Below are positions 10,384-19,795 of a stretch of 32,000 bases of DNA, piece by piece. This DNA is from Zymomonas mobilis subsp. mobilis ATCC 10988. Its GTDB lineage: Bacteria > Pseudomonadota > Alphaproteobacteria > Sphingomonadales > Sphingomonadaceae. A program made the position numbers and the translations under genes. How positions within the stretch are numbered: position 1 is the stretch's first letter; every line of letters begins with the position of its first letter. The stretch covers positions 284 to 32,283 of the forward strand of contig NC_017183.1 in NCBI RefSeq assembly GCF_000175255.2, written 5' to 3'. A model generated the notes under the pieces. The model did no database searches. It had not been told where the DNA came from and saw only the letters and a program-made list of their open reading frames with translations.

Positions 10384-11125
10384 ATGGTCATTCCATTGAT
10401 GCTGCCTGTCTTGCTCCTTGCCGCTGTTGGCGAACAGCGCGTGGCCGATGCCGCAGAACGCATCGCCGATGAACTTGGTCTCACTCCCGATGAACGCGAA
10501 GAAATGCTGCCCAGCGGGCGGCAACGCCTGTTGCACAACCGCATCCATTGGGCAAAGTTCTATATGTCCAAAGCAGGGGCGTTTCATCGCGACCGAAGCG
10601 GGGCGGGCGCTGCTGGCATCCAATCCTGCATGCATCAGTGTGAGCGACCTCAAGGACTATGAAGGCTTCTGCGAATTTTACAGTGGACAGAAATCTTCTG
10701 ACGACGATGCCGGGTCTGTTGCCATTGCCCCGTCAGTCGAAACTGATACGCCATAGGAGCAGATTGAGACGGCCTATCAGGCTGTGCAATCGGCCCTTCG
10801 TGCGGAATTTCTGGAACGCATCGTCCAGAACAGTCCGGCCTTTTTCGAGCAACTGATCGTCGATTTACTGATCGCTATGGGATATGGCGGATCGTACAAG
10901 AATGCAGTCACCCAGCTCGGCCGTTCTGGTGATGGCGGCGTGGATGGTGTCATCAACGAAGACAGGCTGGGGCTGGATCATGTTTATGTGCAGGCCAGGA
11001 GGTCTGTGGGTCGCCCCGATGCGCAGGCGTTCGTTGGTAGTCTGGTCGGGCATGCTGCTACCAAGGGCGTTTTCGTTACCCCTCCGCCTTCAGCAATCAT
11101 GCCCAGGATTATGATAAACACCTAA
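10384..11125 (+). pseudogene. mrr: Mrr-family restriction protein, inactivated
   Basis: N-terminal Mrr winged-helix piece (MLPVLLLAAVGEQRVADAAERIADELGLTPDEREEMLPSGRQRLLHNRIHWAKFYMSKAG) shifts to frame 2 (GRFIATEAGRALLASNP...). TAG at 10754-10756 interrupts TP*EQIETAYQAVQSALRAEFLERI. The Mrr catalytic piece (GDGGVDGVINEDRLGLDHVYVQARR...VGRPDAQAFVGSLVGHAATKGVFVT) then ends abruptly. Confidence 0.85.
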
Positions 11126-11525
11126 GGTGGCGCTTTTTATGCAGCCTTGCCCATTGGTAGCTTCCCTCGTTTTCCTGTTAAAATACTCCTTGTTTCTCAA
11201 AAGCTATGTCCTCTTTTTTTCGTTCTTCGGATTGTGTTTCATCTGGCTACGAGTAGGTACTTCTTAAAAAGAGGAAATGAGGAAAATTAGACAGGAATAG
11301 TCGTGGGAAGCTGCCGGTAAAAAGGTTCAACCATGCAATTTTGTTCGAGCTGAGAAAGATCAAATATAATATAAATGACCGTATCTATAATTATAAACGG
11401 TGTATGTTAAAAAAAGCCTTGATATCATTATCTCATTTCAGCTCAACAGAAAATCATAATAAAATTTTGTAAGTAAATACTAAATTTTTAGATTATCTAT
11501 CTATATATTCTATAATTATAATTTT

Positions 11526-14500
11526 TTAAGGTCTCATTTTTCTTCTAAGCTCGGTAAACTTAGGATCAGATTTTATACATTCAATATTACTGAGCTTATC
11601 GATTAATTCTCCTATTTTATATCCATAAAATATATCCTGTATATCAGATGGGATAATGACCTGAAGTAACTTAAAAATTTCTTTCGGAAATTTGAGTATG
11701 ATTGTGTCATCCAAACGAGAAAAACAGTTAGCAATTTTCAAGCTATTTTTAATAATAGTTAATCGTGGTGAAATCAGTTGTACTATGTCCGGCATTTTAT
11801 CATCTGCCAATAGCGCGATTTCAATGAGTTCTTCAGATAAAGCTTGGGTTCGAGTTATAAGTTGACGTGGCCAGACTTTATTAAGAAATTCTATAACTTC
11901 TGTCCATTTTTGTTTTTCTTTTGCCCATATCTTGACAGAATTTATTATAGTAATGCGCCCTTTATCATCTGTTTTTATAAGAAAATCACGTAATTCTTCG
12001 TTATTAACTAGCCTGTCTCCTTCTTGATTTAATGATATCCATCCTCTAAATAGCAAGCGCATAACTATGCCATAATTTTTATGATTTTTCTGTGATACTA
12101 AATCGGTTAAAATTATTTTTAGACGAGCAAACAGATCATGGTTCCAGCTAGTATATTGACATGCTGATGAAATAAATGCCCTGGAGGATTCAGAATTAGG
12201 ATTTTGCTCTATCTGTGAAATAATATGCTCATCAGTCCATTGCTTGTCGATAGAATAGATCCGGCCTAGCTTGGTGCCAAATATTGCCATAACACAACAA
12301 AGCGCATCATTCTTTGCTGATATTAGGCAATTAGCACGTGTGTGCCATTCCTCATCTATAGTCTTATTTAAGATTTCATCAATAAGTAATACTGTCATCT
12401 TACCTATAGGAGAGTTTATCGATTTAAATAGCCAGTTTTCTTGTTTTTTATCTACAACTAGAGTTTCTGATTCTGCAAAAGAGATAAGGACAGATTTAAC
12501 TATTCGTTCCCATAATTTTAAGTAGGATTTTTTTGCATCTATAGCCAATGCCCGACCATGTTGTTCCATCCATGATGCAATAGAATCAATGCTGGTATTG
12601 AATACTTCTTCTGATAATGAGTAGATCCGTTCTACAATTAGTATCTTTAGTCTTAGTTTATCTGTACGGCGTGCTTCGTTACAGAGAAACTCTGACCAAT
12701 ATTGCCTACGGGTTTCTCCACGTTTCGCTGCATAAATTAAGGCAGCTAATGCCTTAACGGGGTATTCTTTTGATAATCCTTTAAAGGGGCGCCTTTCTAT
12801 TAAAAAGTCAGGCGATTTTCTTGAAATATCATCAGATTTTTCTAGTATTTTATCAATAGGAATTCCAAATAGTTCTGTAATATCTGTGTCTGTAGCAACA
12901 CAACCGCCGCGTGAACTTGATCTATAAGTATTATCTAGAGCATATTCCGGTGTCCATTCAGGGGTAATTTTACGCAGTTCTAGACGCTTTGTTTCTAAGT
13001 CGAAGCTGACCGTCAATTTTTCTTTTTTAAGCCATTCAAGACGGTTAAGAATCTGACAGGTTCGATATTCTTTATATTGCTGGTCATCGATACCTTTATA
13101 TCGTTTTGGACCGGATAAAATTTTATTTTCAATTTTTTCCCTTGTTTCTTCATCAAACTCGGACCATCGAGTATTAAGTGATACAAGCAAGTCATGCTGA
13201 ATTTGGATATCCCAGAACACATCATTCGATAAATTCAGAATTATGTCACTGGCCTCTTGTTGAGAGGTCAGTCCTGCTTGACCTGTTACCCAGACATATA
13301 AATTTCTAAAAATTTTATCCTCTGAATCTGGCCATTTCCTCCATTCACAGCGCGCTGCCTCTGAATTATGCTCGTATAGCTGTTTTAATTCATTTGCGTA
13401 GTGTCTAATCAAAGAAGATATATTTTCTTCCTCATTATCAGGAATGCTAGCTGGATCGTCATATTCAACGATAGGATGGAGTCTAGGATCAAAATAGCCT
13501 TGATTGTCAATCTCGAGATCTTCGGCTGATTCTAGATAGCTGCGAATTACGCGTATATAACGAACTAAGAATTTTTTCGGGATTTTCATTTCAGTAGGAT
13601 GATTTGGATAAATAACTTTTGCTGAGACGAGATCTTGATGATTTTTTGTATCATCTAGAGGTATTTTTCTTTTGCTTCCCACTGAAATGCGCGGTCGTTT
13701 TAGATTTTCAAATTCGCGCTGTAGCCAAGATGTCCAGCCTTCCTTTTTAGAAAAATAATATAGTTCCCAAAATTTTGAATTACAATTTTCATCCGATGAA
13801 TCTGACTTAGATGACAAGAGTAAATGCCATGCCTGTCTGATAGGACTTTCCATATTTCCATCTATATTGTGAGTTATATTGTTAGTAAGTTCAGAGTGTA
13901 ACCAGTTCTGGCGGCTAGCCCACCATACAGTGATATTTTGATTCACTACGCGGCCAATCCAGTACGCTAATGATTGTAGTCGTGCAGGAAGGTTGTTTCC
14001 TTTATTTCTGAGACTAATAAACAAGTTCTGTTTGTTATTAGATGTTTCTTCAAATGCTGACCATACATTGGAAGGTATTAGATGTTTTTGTGAATTGTCC
14101 TCAGGAAGAGGTCGTGGATCACTATCGAGGCAAAAGTTATTAAAGATCGCTAGGGGATCCAGTATTTCTTCAAATAAATCATGAAGATAATTTTGATTAC
14201 TATATCGAATAAAAGGATCAAAGACACATAGCCATTCCGCCGATGGGGGCGTTGCATGACCTGCAAATTTTTTCGCTCCAGAAGTTGATGACACGACATG
14301 GGCTACCTGTCCTCGTTCGTAAGGATCAAGCTCCCTAGGTTTTTTTAGTGCTTTGTCTGAAATGATAGATTTCTGCCACTCATGTGGATCATTCGCTCTC
14401 TCTCCCCACGCTTTCAGTGATTCCCACAGAGATGGGAAATCTTGATGAGAAATTGCAGTAACTCCCTTGTCCTGCCAGAGAGCGGAGGCTTCATCTTCCT

Positions 14501-15254
14501 TTCCTTGTTGAAAGGTATACAGTCCTCTTGTTTTTGTTGATCCTTTCAAACCTTCAAGCAAATATTGAATCGGAGGATCATCTGCAGAATAACCAACGAA
14601 AACAATCTTATATCTTTCTACGAGAGTCTTCATGAAAGCTGTTGCCCATCCATCAGAGAGATAGGCGCGTCCAAAGTCGGCGGATGAGAGTATAAACTCC
14701 TTTGACGCTGCGTCTGAGTAGTCAGGATTGACCATACCATGCAAATGGATAATCCCTTCCCATTCATCTCTTCTGGGATCTGGCAAATCGGGGGGTGAAA
14801 TTTCGGGGATATCTGGTGCAGCAAGCTGGAATAATCGATCAAAATTTGTTGTAATAAGCCGATGTCGTCCATTCGGCATTTTGGAAAGATTAAATAAAGA
14901 TTTATGAGGATCAAGGCCAGGATTAGAGTTTGGTTTTACTGCCTGTGAAACATCTGATCGTATATCTTCTACCGCAAATTCTTGTTCTAATAATGCAAAA
15001 ATTCTATCAGCGGGAGGTATACCTCCAACGCCGGGTGGGGTTTCTATCTTATCAGAAATTTCTAAAAGCTGTCGAGCTGGACTCGAAGCCGATGATCCAA
15101 GAGAAGAGATAACTCGTTTTGCTAGCTCAGGAAAGCTTAGCCCTCCTGCCTCTTGCATCGATATCCCAGCTCCACAGAAGAATAAAACTTCTCCTTCATC
15201 TCGCGCATAAAGAAGGTCATCTGGTATATCTGGGCCATCAGCAAAAAATCGCAT
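11526..15254 (-). CDS. Large SIR2-domain protein, putative NAD+-targeting anti-phage effector (SIR2/DUF4020-like)
   Basis: About 1240 aa, with the likely ATG at codon 8 of the listed ORF. SIR2 motifs: LFFCGAGISMQEAG, RLITTNFDRLFQ, GIIHLHG, KIVFVGYSADDPPIQYLLEG. A very long helical-looking C-terminal region follows. The DUF4020 assignment is from recall of this architecture, not a search. Confidence 0.8.
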   Translation of the reverse strand: MRFFADGPDIPDDLLYARDEGEVLFFCGAGISMQEAGGLSFPELAKRVISSLGSSASSPARQLLEISDKIETPPGVGGIPPADRIFALLEQEFAVEDIRSDVSQAVKPNSNPGLDPHKSLFNLSKMPNGRHRLITTNFDRLFQLAAPDIPEISPPDLPDPRRDEWEGIIHLHGMVNPDYSDAASKEFILSSADFGRAYLSDGWATAFMKTLVERYKIVFVGYSADDPPIQYLLEGLKGSTKTRGLYTFQQGKEDEASALWQDKGVTAISHQDFPSLWESLKAWGERANDPHEWQKSIISDKALKKPRELDPYERGQVAHVVSSTSGAKKFAGHATPPSAEWLCVFDPFIRYSNQNYLHDLFEEILDPLAIFNNFCLDSDPRPLPEDNSQKHLIPSNVWSAFEETSNNKQNLFISLRNKGNNLPARLQSLAYWIGRVVNQNITVWWASRQNWLHSELTNNITHNIDGNMESPIRQAWHLLLSSKSDSSDENCNSKFWELYYFSKKEGWTSWLQREFENLKRPRISVGSKRKIPLDDTKNHQDLVSAKVIYPNHPTEMKIPKKFLVRYIRVIRSYLESAEDLEIDNQGYFDPRLHPIVEYDDPASIPDNEEENISSLIRHYANELKQLYEHNSEAARCEWRKWPDSEDKIFRNLYVWVTGQAGLTSQQEASDIILNLSNDVFWDIQIQHDLLVSLNTRWSEFDEETREKIENKILSGPKRYKGIDDQQYKEYRTCQILNRLEWLKKEKLTVSFDLETKRLELRKITPEWTPEYALDNTYRSSSRGGCVATDTDITELFGIPIDKILEKSDDISRKSPDFLIERRPFKGLSKEYPVKALAALIYAAKRGETRRQYWSEFLCNEARRTDKLRLKILIVERIYSLSEEVFNTSIDSIASWMEQHGRALAIDAKKSYLKLWERIVKSVLISFAESETLVVDKKQENWLFKSINSPIGKMTVLLIDEILNKTIDEEWHTRANCLISAKNDALCCVMAIFGTKLGRIYSIDKQWTDEHIISQIEQNPNSESSRAFISSACQYTSWNHDLFARLKIILTDLVSQKNHKNYGIVMRLLFRGWISLNQEGDRLVNNEELRDFLIKTDDKGRITIINSVKIWAKEKQKWTEVIEFLNKVWPRQLITRTQALSEELIEIALLADDKMPDIVQLISPRLTIIKNSLKIANCFSRLDDTIILKFPKEIFKLLQVIIPSDIQDIFYGYKIGELIDKLSNIECIKSDPKFTELRRKMRP

Positions 15255-15881
15255 TCTAGATGTTAGCCTAAACAATAAGATTAAAATACATTTTAGTTTA
15301 ATATTGAATAACTAAATATTTTTAATTGCATATAGATTTATCATCGTAAATTCAGGAAGGCTGTTAACCAGTCTACAAGTTTTTATAGAAAAAAATTATA
15401 AAATTTAAGTGAGGTAGAAGATAGCAATATATCTGGTACGTCCACGAACGAAGCGTGATCTATCTGCTCTTTCTGGATTGAAGCAGTTTTCCTCCATTGC
15501 AAGCCGTATGATCTGCTGCATAGGATATAAAGCGATCTTCTGGAGTTATGGAAATAACACAAAATGGAGACATCTTCGTGTTGCAGTGGAGGTTTGTTGG
15601 TGATCGAGATGTCTCTCATGAACGCATCTGATCTATATAACTCTCTACATATTCCTGCGAAACAGTGCGATATGCTAGCCACCTGCCAACGATGAGCAGC
15701 TTATCGGTTGAGGTATCTAGCCAAAAATCCTAGGATCTAGATCAAGCAGTAGCGCGCTGTAGCCACTCGATATAAAAAATTGCGACATCATTTCTGGCTT
15801 TTATCCATTTTTTTCCAACCATTTATTCCGTTTCAATTACCATATGGCTTAACTGACGAGGCGTCATCAGATCTGTTGTTT

Positions 15882-15903
15882 TTGTATCTTATTTAAGATA
15901 CAA
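15882..15903. promoter_or_regulatory. Perfect inverted repeat TTGTATCTTA-TT-TAAGATACAA, candidate TA autoregulatory operator
   Basis: 10-bp arms with a 2-nt centre, 25 bp upstream of the relB/dinJ-like ATG. Confidence 0.55.
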
Positions 15904-15928
15904 TCTCAATCAAGATAGGAGTCCTCTC

Positions 15929-16207
15929 ATGCCTACAGCAAAAACAATGATACATATTCGGGTCGCAGGTGACCTGAAAGAACAGGTAAGCACTACCCTT
16001 GCCTCTATGGGCTTATCTGTTTCCGAAGCTGTTCGTTTATTCCTACATCGTGTCGTAGCAGAACAAAAATTCCCTTTCGAACTACGTGTCCCGAATGCAG
16101 AAACCCGGCTGGCAATGTCTGAAGCTGATGAAATTATTAAAAGCCACCAAAGTCGTTTTTCTAATTCCAAAGAGTTGATCGATGGCCTTGAAGCGCACAG
16201 CAAATAG
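15929..16207 (+). CDS. RelB/DinJ-family antitoxin
   Basis: 92 aa: MIHIRVAGDLKEQVSTTLASMGLSVSEAVRLFLHRVVAEQKFPFELRVPN is a classic RelB/DinJ N-terminus. Confidence 0.9.
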   Translation: MPTAKTMIHIRVAGDLKEQVSTTLASMGLSVSEAVRLFLHRVVAEQKFPFELRVPNAETRLAMSEADEIIKSHQSRFSNSKELIDGLEAHSK

Positions 16208-16511
16208 TAAGCGTGCTTCTCTACCGAGATCCTCCGATTATACCAAAACCTTCCTAAAGGACTGGAAGCGCTTATCACGATCAGGACGCTACGATCTTAA
16301 TCGTCTAAAGTCAGTCATGATGCTCCTGATTGAGAATGATGAACCCTTGTCCGCTGAATGGTTAGATCATCCTTTAAAGGGTGAAATGGCCGCCTATAGG
16401 GAATGTCATATAGGGGGTGACTTCCTGCTTATTTACAGAATAGACAACAGCCGTCAGCCCGAAATGGTGATCTTCGTACGGGCGGGAACACATTCAGAAC
16501 TCCTAGAATAA
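16182..16511 (+). CDS. YafQ-family mRNA interferase toxin
   Basis: 109 aa: SSDYTKTFLKDWKRL...LIENDEPLSAEWLDHPLKGEMAAYRECHIGGDFLLIYRID. Overlaps the antitoxin ORF. Confidence 0.88.
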   Translation: MALKRTANSKRASLPRSSDYTKTFLKDWKRLSRSGRYDLNRLKSVMMLLIENDEPLSAEWLDHPLKGEMAAYRECHIGGDFLLIYRIDNSRQPEMVIFVRAGTHSELLE

Positions 16512-16529
16512 AGGCTTATTTCTTAAAAT

Positions 16530-16609
16530 ACGTATCGACGTATATAGCTAAATACGTATTTAAGTTAAAAAGGATTGACGTATGCACGTTATTACGTTTT
16601 TAAGTCAAA
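16530..16609. repeat. Phased 8-bp box array 1, upstream of and into the parA start
   Basis: Boxes at 16530 ACGTATCG, 16538 ACGTATAT, 16546 AGCTAAAT, 16554 ACGTATTT, 16562 AAGTTAAA, 16578 ACGTATGC, 16586 ACGTTATT, 16594 ACGTTTTT, 16602 AAGTCAAA, all on an 8-bp register. Confidence 0.8.
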
Positions 16610-17205
16610 AGGGCGGTAGTGGTAAGACAACCCTTTCGGTTCACACGGCTGTGGCAGCAGAGGCTGTCGGCAAGAAAGTCTGCATCATTGATGCTGATCC
16701 TCAAGAGAGTGCAACAACTTGGGGGATGTCTCGGGAAAAGCCGACACCTATCGTAGCTACGGCTCAAGCTAGTGATCTGGATGCCGCCCTTTCGGCAGCT
16801 GAGGCAGAAGGTATAGACTTGGCTATCATTGATGCACCGCCTCATGCCGCTCCTACGGCTAGTCAGATCGCCCGTCGAAGTGATTTTATTCTAGTCCCTA
16901 TTAGACCAAGCGCTTTTGACTTAGCGGCTGTGCCGGCAATTATGGATATTATTAGGGCATCGAAATCGAGAGGCGCTTTCATTCTGTCAGCCTGTCCTTT
17001 CCGTGCTCCAGAGATCGAAGAGACACGCCTTGCTTTAGAAAGCTATAATCTTCCTATTTTTCCATCCGAGATTGTTGACCGTCGCGCTTTTGCTCGCGCA
17101 GTCACCACTGGATGCGCAGTCACAGAATTTGAAAGCAATGGCAAAGCTGCTGAAGAGATCCATCATTTATGGACTTGGATTAATAATACGTTAGAACGTA
17201 TATAG
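16582..17205 (+). CDS. parA: ParA/ParF-type partition ATPase
   Basis: 207 aa with deviant Walker A QKGGSGKTTLSVHTA, CIIDADPQESATTW and LAIIDAPPHAAPTASQIARRSDFILVPIRPSAFD. Confidence 0.93.
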   Translation: MHVITFLSQKGGSGKTTLSVHTAVAAEAVGKKVCIIDADPQESATTWGMSREKPTPIVATAQASDLDAALSAAEAEGIDLAIIDAPPHAAPTASQIARRSDFILVPIRPSAFDLAAVPAIMDIIRASKSRGAFILSACPFRAPEIEETRLALESYNLPIFPSEIVDRRAFARAVTTGCAVTEFESNGKAAEEIHHLWTWINNTLERI

Positions 17206-17227
17206 CTATATACGTATATACTTAAAT
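17188..17227. repeat. Phased 8-bp box array 2, overlapping the parA stop and upstream of the RHH gene
   Basis: 17188 ACGTTAGA, 17196 ACGTATAT, 17204 AGCTATAT, 17212 ACGTATAT, 17220 ACTTAAAT. Contains the perfect 20-bp palindrome ACGTATATAGCTATATACGT (17196..17215). Confidence 0.8.
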
Positions 17228-17241
17228 AAGGGCTTTTTGCT

Positions 17242-17532
17242 ATGGCCAAGAAACCAACCGGACTAGCTGCTTTTTCCCGCCCTAAAGCGGTTACTCATCT
17301 TTCGACAGATGAGCCCACCTCTACCATCGAAAATCAAACAGCCTTTCCGATGCGCAAGAAAAGAGGATCAGGTGACACCGTTGCTTTAACGGTGAAAGTT
17401 CGCCGCACCGATTGGCAACGATTACGTCAGCTGGCGGATGCAGAGGGAACAACAATTCAAGCTATGGCCGAGGCAGGCTTTTCTGCTATCCTCGCCCAAC
17501 ATGGTTTAGCGTCTCTTAAGACAAGAAAGTAA
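17242..17532 (+). CDS. Small ribbon-helix-helix-like plasmid partition protein (ParG-like partner of ParA)
   Basis: 96 aa, basic, directly downstream of parA: DTVALTVKVRRTDWQRLRQLADAEGTTIQAMAEAGFSAILAQHGL. Confidence 0.7.
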   Translation: MAKKPTGLAAFSRPKAVTHLSTDEPTSTIENQTAFPMRKKRGSGDTVALTVKVRRTDWQRLRQLADAEGTTIQAMAEAGFSAILAQHGLASLKTRK

Positions 17533-17580
17533 ACGTATCAACGCATATAGCTAAATACGTATTGAGCTATATGCGTAAAT
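17533..17580. repeat. Phased 8-bp box array 3
   Basis: 17533 ACGTATCA, 17541 ACGCATAT, 17549 AGCTAAAT, 17557 ACGTATTG, 17565 AGCTATAT, 17573 GCGTAAAT. Includes inverted repeat CGCATATAGCT (17542..17552) / AGCTATATGCG (17565..17575). Confidence 0.8.
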
Positions 17581-17593
17581 AAAGATTTTTTAT

Positions 17594-18289
17594 ATACGAG
17601 ATGTCAATATTCACAGTTCTTGTCTAACATTGCGCATCTGTCTTACTCAGATGAAAAATTGGTTAGAGTCTCATCCTCGTCATATACCGATTTTTGTTAT
17701 GATCGAAGCCAAGGTACAACCTTTGCATTTAAAGCTTGCTAGTAACCCAGCTAAAACCCCAAATTTTTCAAAAATACCGCCCTTCACCGATGAAACTTAT
17801 AACGAAATCGATCAAACTATTGTGGATGTATTAGGTCGAAACAAAGTTATTATCCCCGATGATGTGAGAGGCGGCTATCCTAATTTGGAAGATGCAGTTT
17901 TTGCTGGAAATTGGCCAACACTTGGCCAAGCACGTGGAAAATTTATCTTTTTCTTAACAACAGCGACAGGCCGTGACGGCGTCGCGGCATATCTGAATGG
18001 TCATCCGGGGCTTAAAGGGCGAATGGCATTTATGGATTCCGAACCTGGAAAACCTTATGCCGCTTTTGTTCTTGAAGATAATGCCTTAACCCAGGGAAAT
18101 ATTATTCGGAATGATGTCAAAAAAGGATATATTGTCCGAACCAGAGCCGATATTGATACCTACGAAGCTAAAAAGAATGATCTAACAAGGGGGAAGGCTG
18201 CATTTGATTTTAGCGCTAAAGCGGCTGGCAACGCGGTATGTCGGAAAACCTCTGAGCACAATAAAGGTGCTCGGATTATTTCTCACTAA
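17594..18289 (+). pseudogene. N-terminally truncated Ca2+-dependent phosphoinositide-specific phospholipase C-like protein
   Basis: Upstream of the listed TTG start the frame reads ...DVNIHSSCLTLRICLTQMKNWLESHPRHIPIFVMIEAK and continues to DDVRGGYPNLEDAVFAGNWPTLGQARGKFIFFL...GYIVRTRADIDTYEAKKNDL. The N-terminal half carrying the catalytic His is missing. The end also diverges (AVCRKTSEHNKGARIISH). Confidence 0.65.
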
Positions 18290-18424
18290 GAAGCGAAAAA
18301 ATAAATATAGCGTTATAATATAACTTTAAATATTAAATGTGATTCCCTGTGAGAAATAATATAATGTATTTTTTAAATGTAAAAAAAGTAATTTTAAAAT
18401 AGATATTCATTTATTAAGTATTTT

Positions 18425-19795
18425 ATGAACGCATACGGAGAATTTTGTGGAAATAAAAAAATAAGTATTAAAAATTTCAGAGGCATTCAAAATGCCGATT
18501 TTGATTTTTGCAATAAAGTTAATCTAATAGTTGGTATTAATGGCGCAGGAAAAACGAGTGTTTTAGATAGTATAGCTCTATTATTATCATGGCTTATTAA
18601 CAGAACTCTTAATAAAAATTCTTCAGGACAACCAATTAATGATTTGAGTATTCGTAATGGGTGTCGGGAGGCCGCTCTTTCGATAACAGTAAATTATGAT
18701 AATCAAGATTTTAACTGGATGCTTGTAAAAACAGGGAGAGGCTTAAATGCTAGATCTCAGAAATCAGAACTTTCTCTCTTGGCGGCTCTTTCCAAGAGAT
18801 TCCAAATAGAGTTGGATAATAAAAACGATGAGGCTTCACTGCCTTTGTTTGTCTATTATCCTGTAGATAGGGCAATTGTAAAGGTACCTATTCGGCGTCG
18901 AAGAAGACAGGCTTTTAGTCAATTATCTGCATATGATGAGGCTCTTAACCCAAACGTAAATTTTAAAAGTTTTTTTGAATGGTTTCGATTTGAGCAAGAG
19001 AAACATAATTCTTCTTTAGCTAATCTTCTGCATTCTATGGATTTGTCGGATACTGATTCCCTGCTTTTTAAAGCTACAAAATACAGAAAAACTATAAAAG
19101 AAATTCTTAAGGAATTATATAATCCTCTATCTTCTAAAGGGTTGAAGGCGGTATGCCAAGCTATTTATGAATTTATGCCAGGATTTTCTGACCTTAGAGT
19201 TTTATACGAGCCATTAAGAATGGTGATCGAAAAAGAAGGTGTGCATTTAAATCTCCTTCAACTCTCTGGAGGAGAAAAATGTATGTTAGCGTTAATTGGA
19301 GATATCGCCCGACGACTTGTTCTAGCAAATCCCAGCATGGACAATCCCCTAAAAGGTAAAGCTATCATCTTGATAGATGAAATCGATCTTCACCTTCATC
19401 CAAGGTGGCAAAAAAATATTATAGAACGATTAAATTCTACATTTCCTAATTGTCAGTTTATTATAACAACACACTCTCCTCATATTATAACTCACGTTCA
19501 TTCAAATTGTATATCCATCATTTCTACAAATGAAAATGGAGCTTTTAATGTAAGTAAGGCTCGAAATTCTTACGGATTTTCTTCAGAAGTTCTTTTGTCT
19601 GAAATTATGGGACTGGACACAACGCGTCCCCAAAAGATCCAAGATAAATTGGATAAAATTTTTCAAAATATTTCAGACAATGAACTGGATGAGGCAGAAA
19701 CAAAGCTACAATGTTTAAAAACAATAATGAGAGACGATCCCGATGTCGTAAAAGCTGAGGCTCTTATTTTTAGAAAAAAAATTATCAATAAATGA
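18425..19795 (+). CDS. ptuA: AAA-family ATPase, PtuA-like (Septu-type defence)
   Basis: 456 aa: KKISIKNFRGIQNADFDF, VGINGAGKTSVLDSIALLLSW, LSGGEKCMLALIGDIARRL, AIILIDEIDLHLHPRWQKNIIERLNSTFPNCQFIITTHSPHIITHV. Confidence 0.78.
   Translation: MNAYGEFCGNKKISIKNFRGIQNADFDFCNKVNLIVGINGAGKTSVLDSIALLLSWLINRTLNKNSSGQPINDLSIRNGCREAALSITVNYDNQDFNWMLVKTGRGLNARSQKSELSLLAALSKRFQIELDNKNDEASLPLFVYYPVDRAIVKVPIRRRRRQAFSQLSAYDEALNPNVNFKSFFEWFRFEQEKHNSSLANLLHSMDLSDTDSLLFKATKYRKTIKEILKELYNPLSSKGLKAVCQAIYEFMPGFSDLRVLYEPLRMVIEKEGVHLNLLQLSGGEKCMLALIGDIARRLVLANPSMDNPLKGKAIILIDEIDLHLHPRWQKNIIERLNSTFPNCQFIITTHSPHIITHVHSNCISIISTNENGAFNVSKARNSYGFSSEVLLSEIMGLDTTRPQKIQDKLDKIFQNISDNELDEAETKLQCLKTIMRDDPDVVKAEALIFRKKIINK

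Noticed and set aside
15383-15682. 99-aa minus-strand ORF between the SIR2 gene and the TA pair
   Set aside because: No recognisable motifs, atypical composition and no supporting operon context.
18290-18424. Possible retron msr/msd upstream of the PtuA-like gene
   Set aside because: No reverse transcriptase nearby and no strong paired structure evident in the AT-rich 135 bp.
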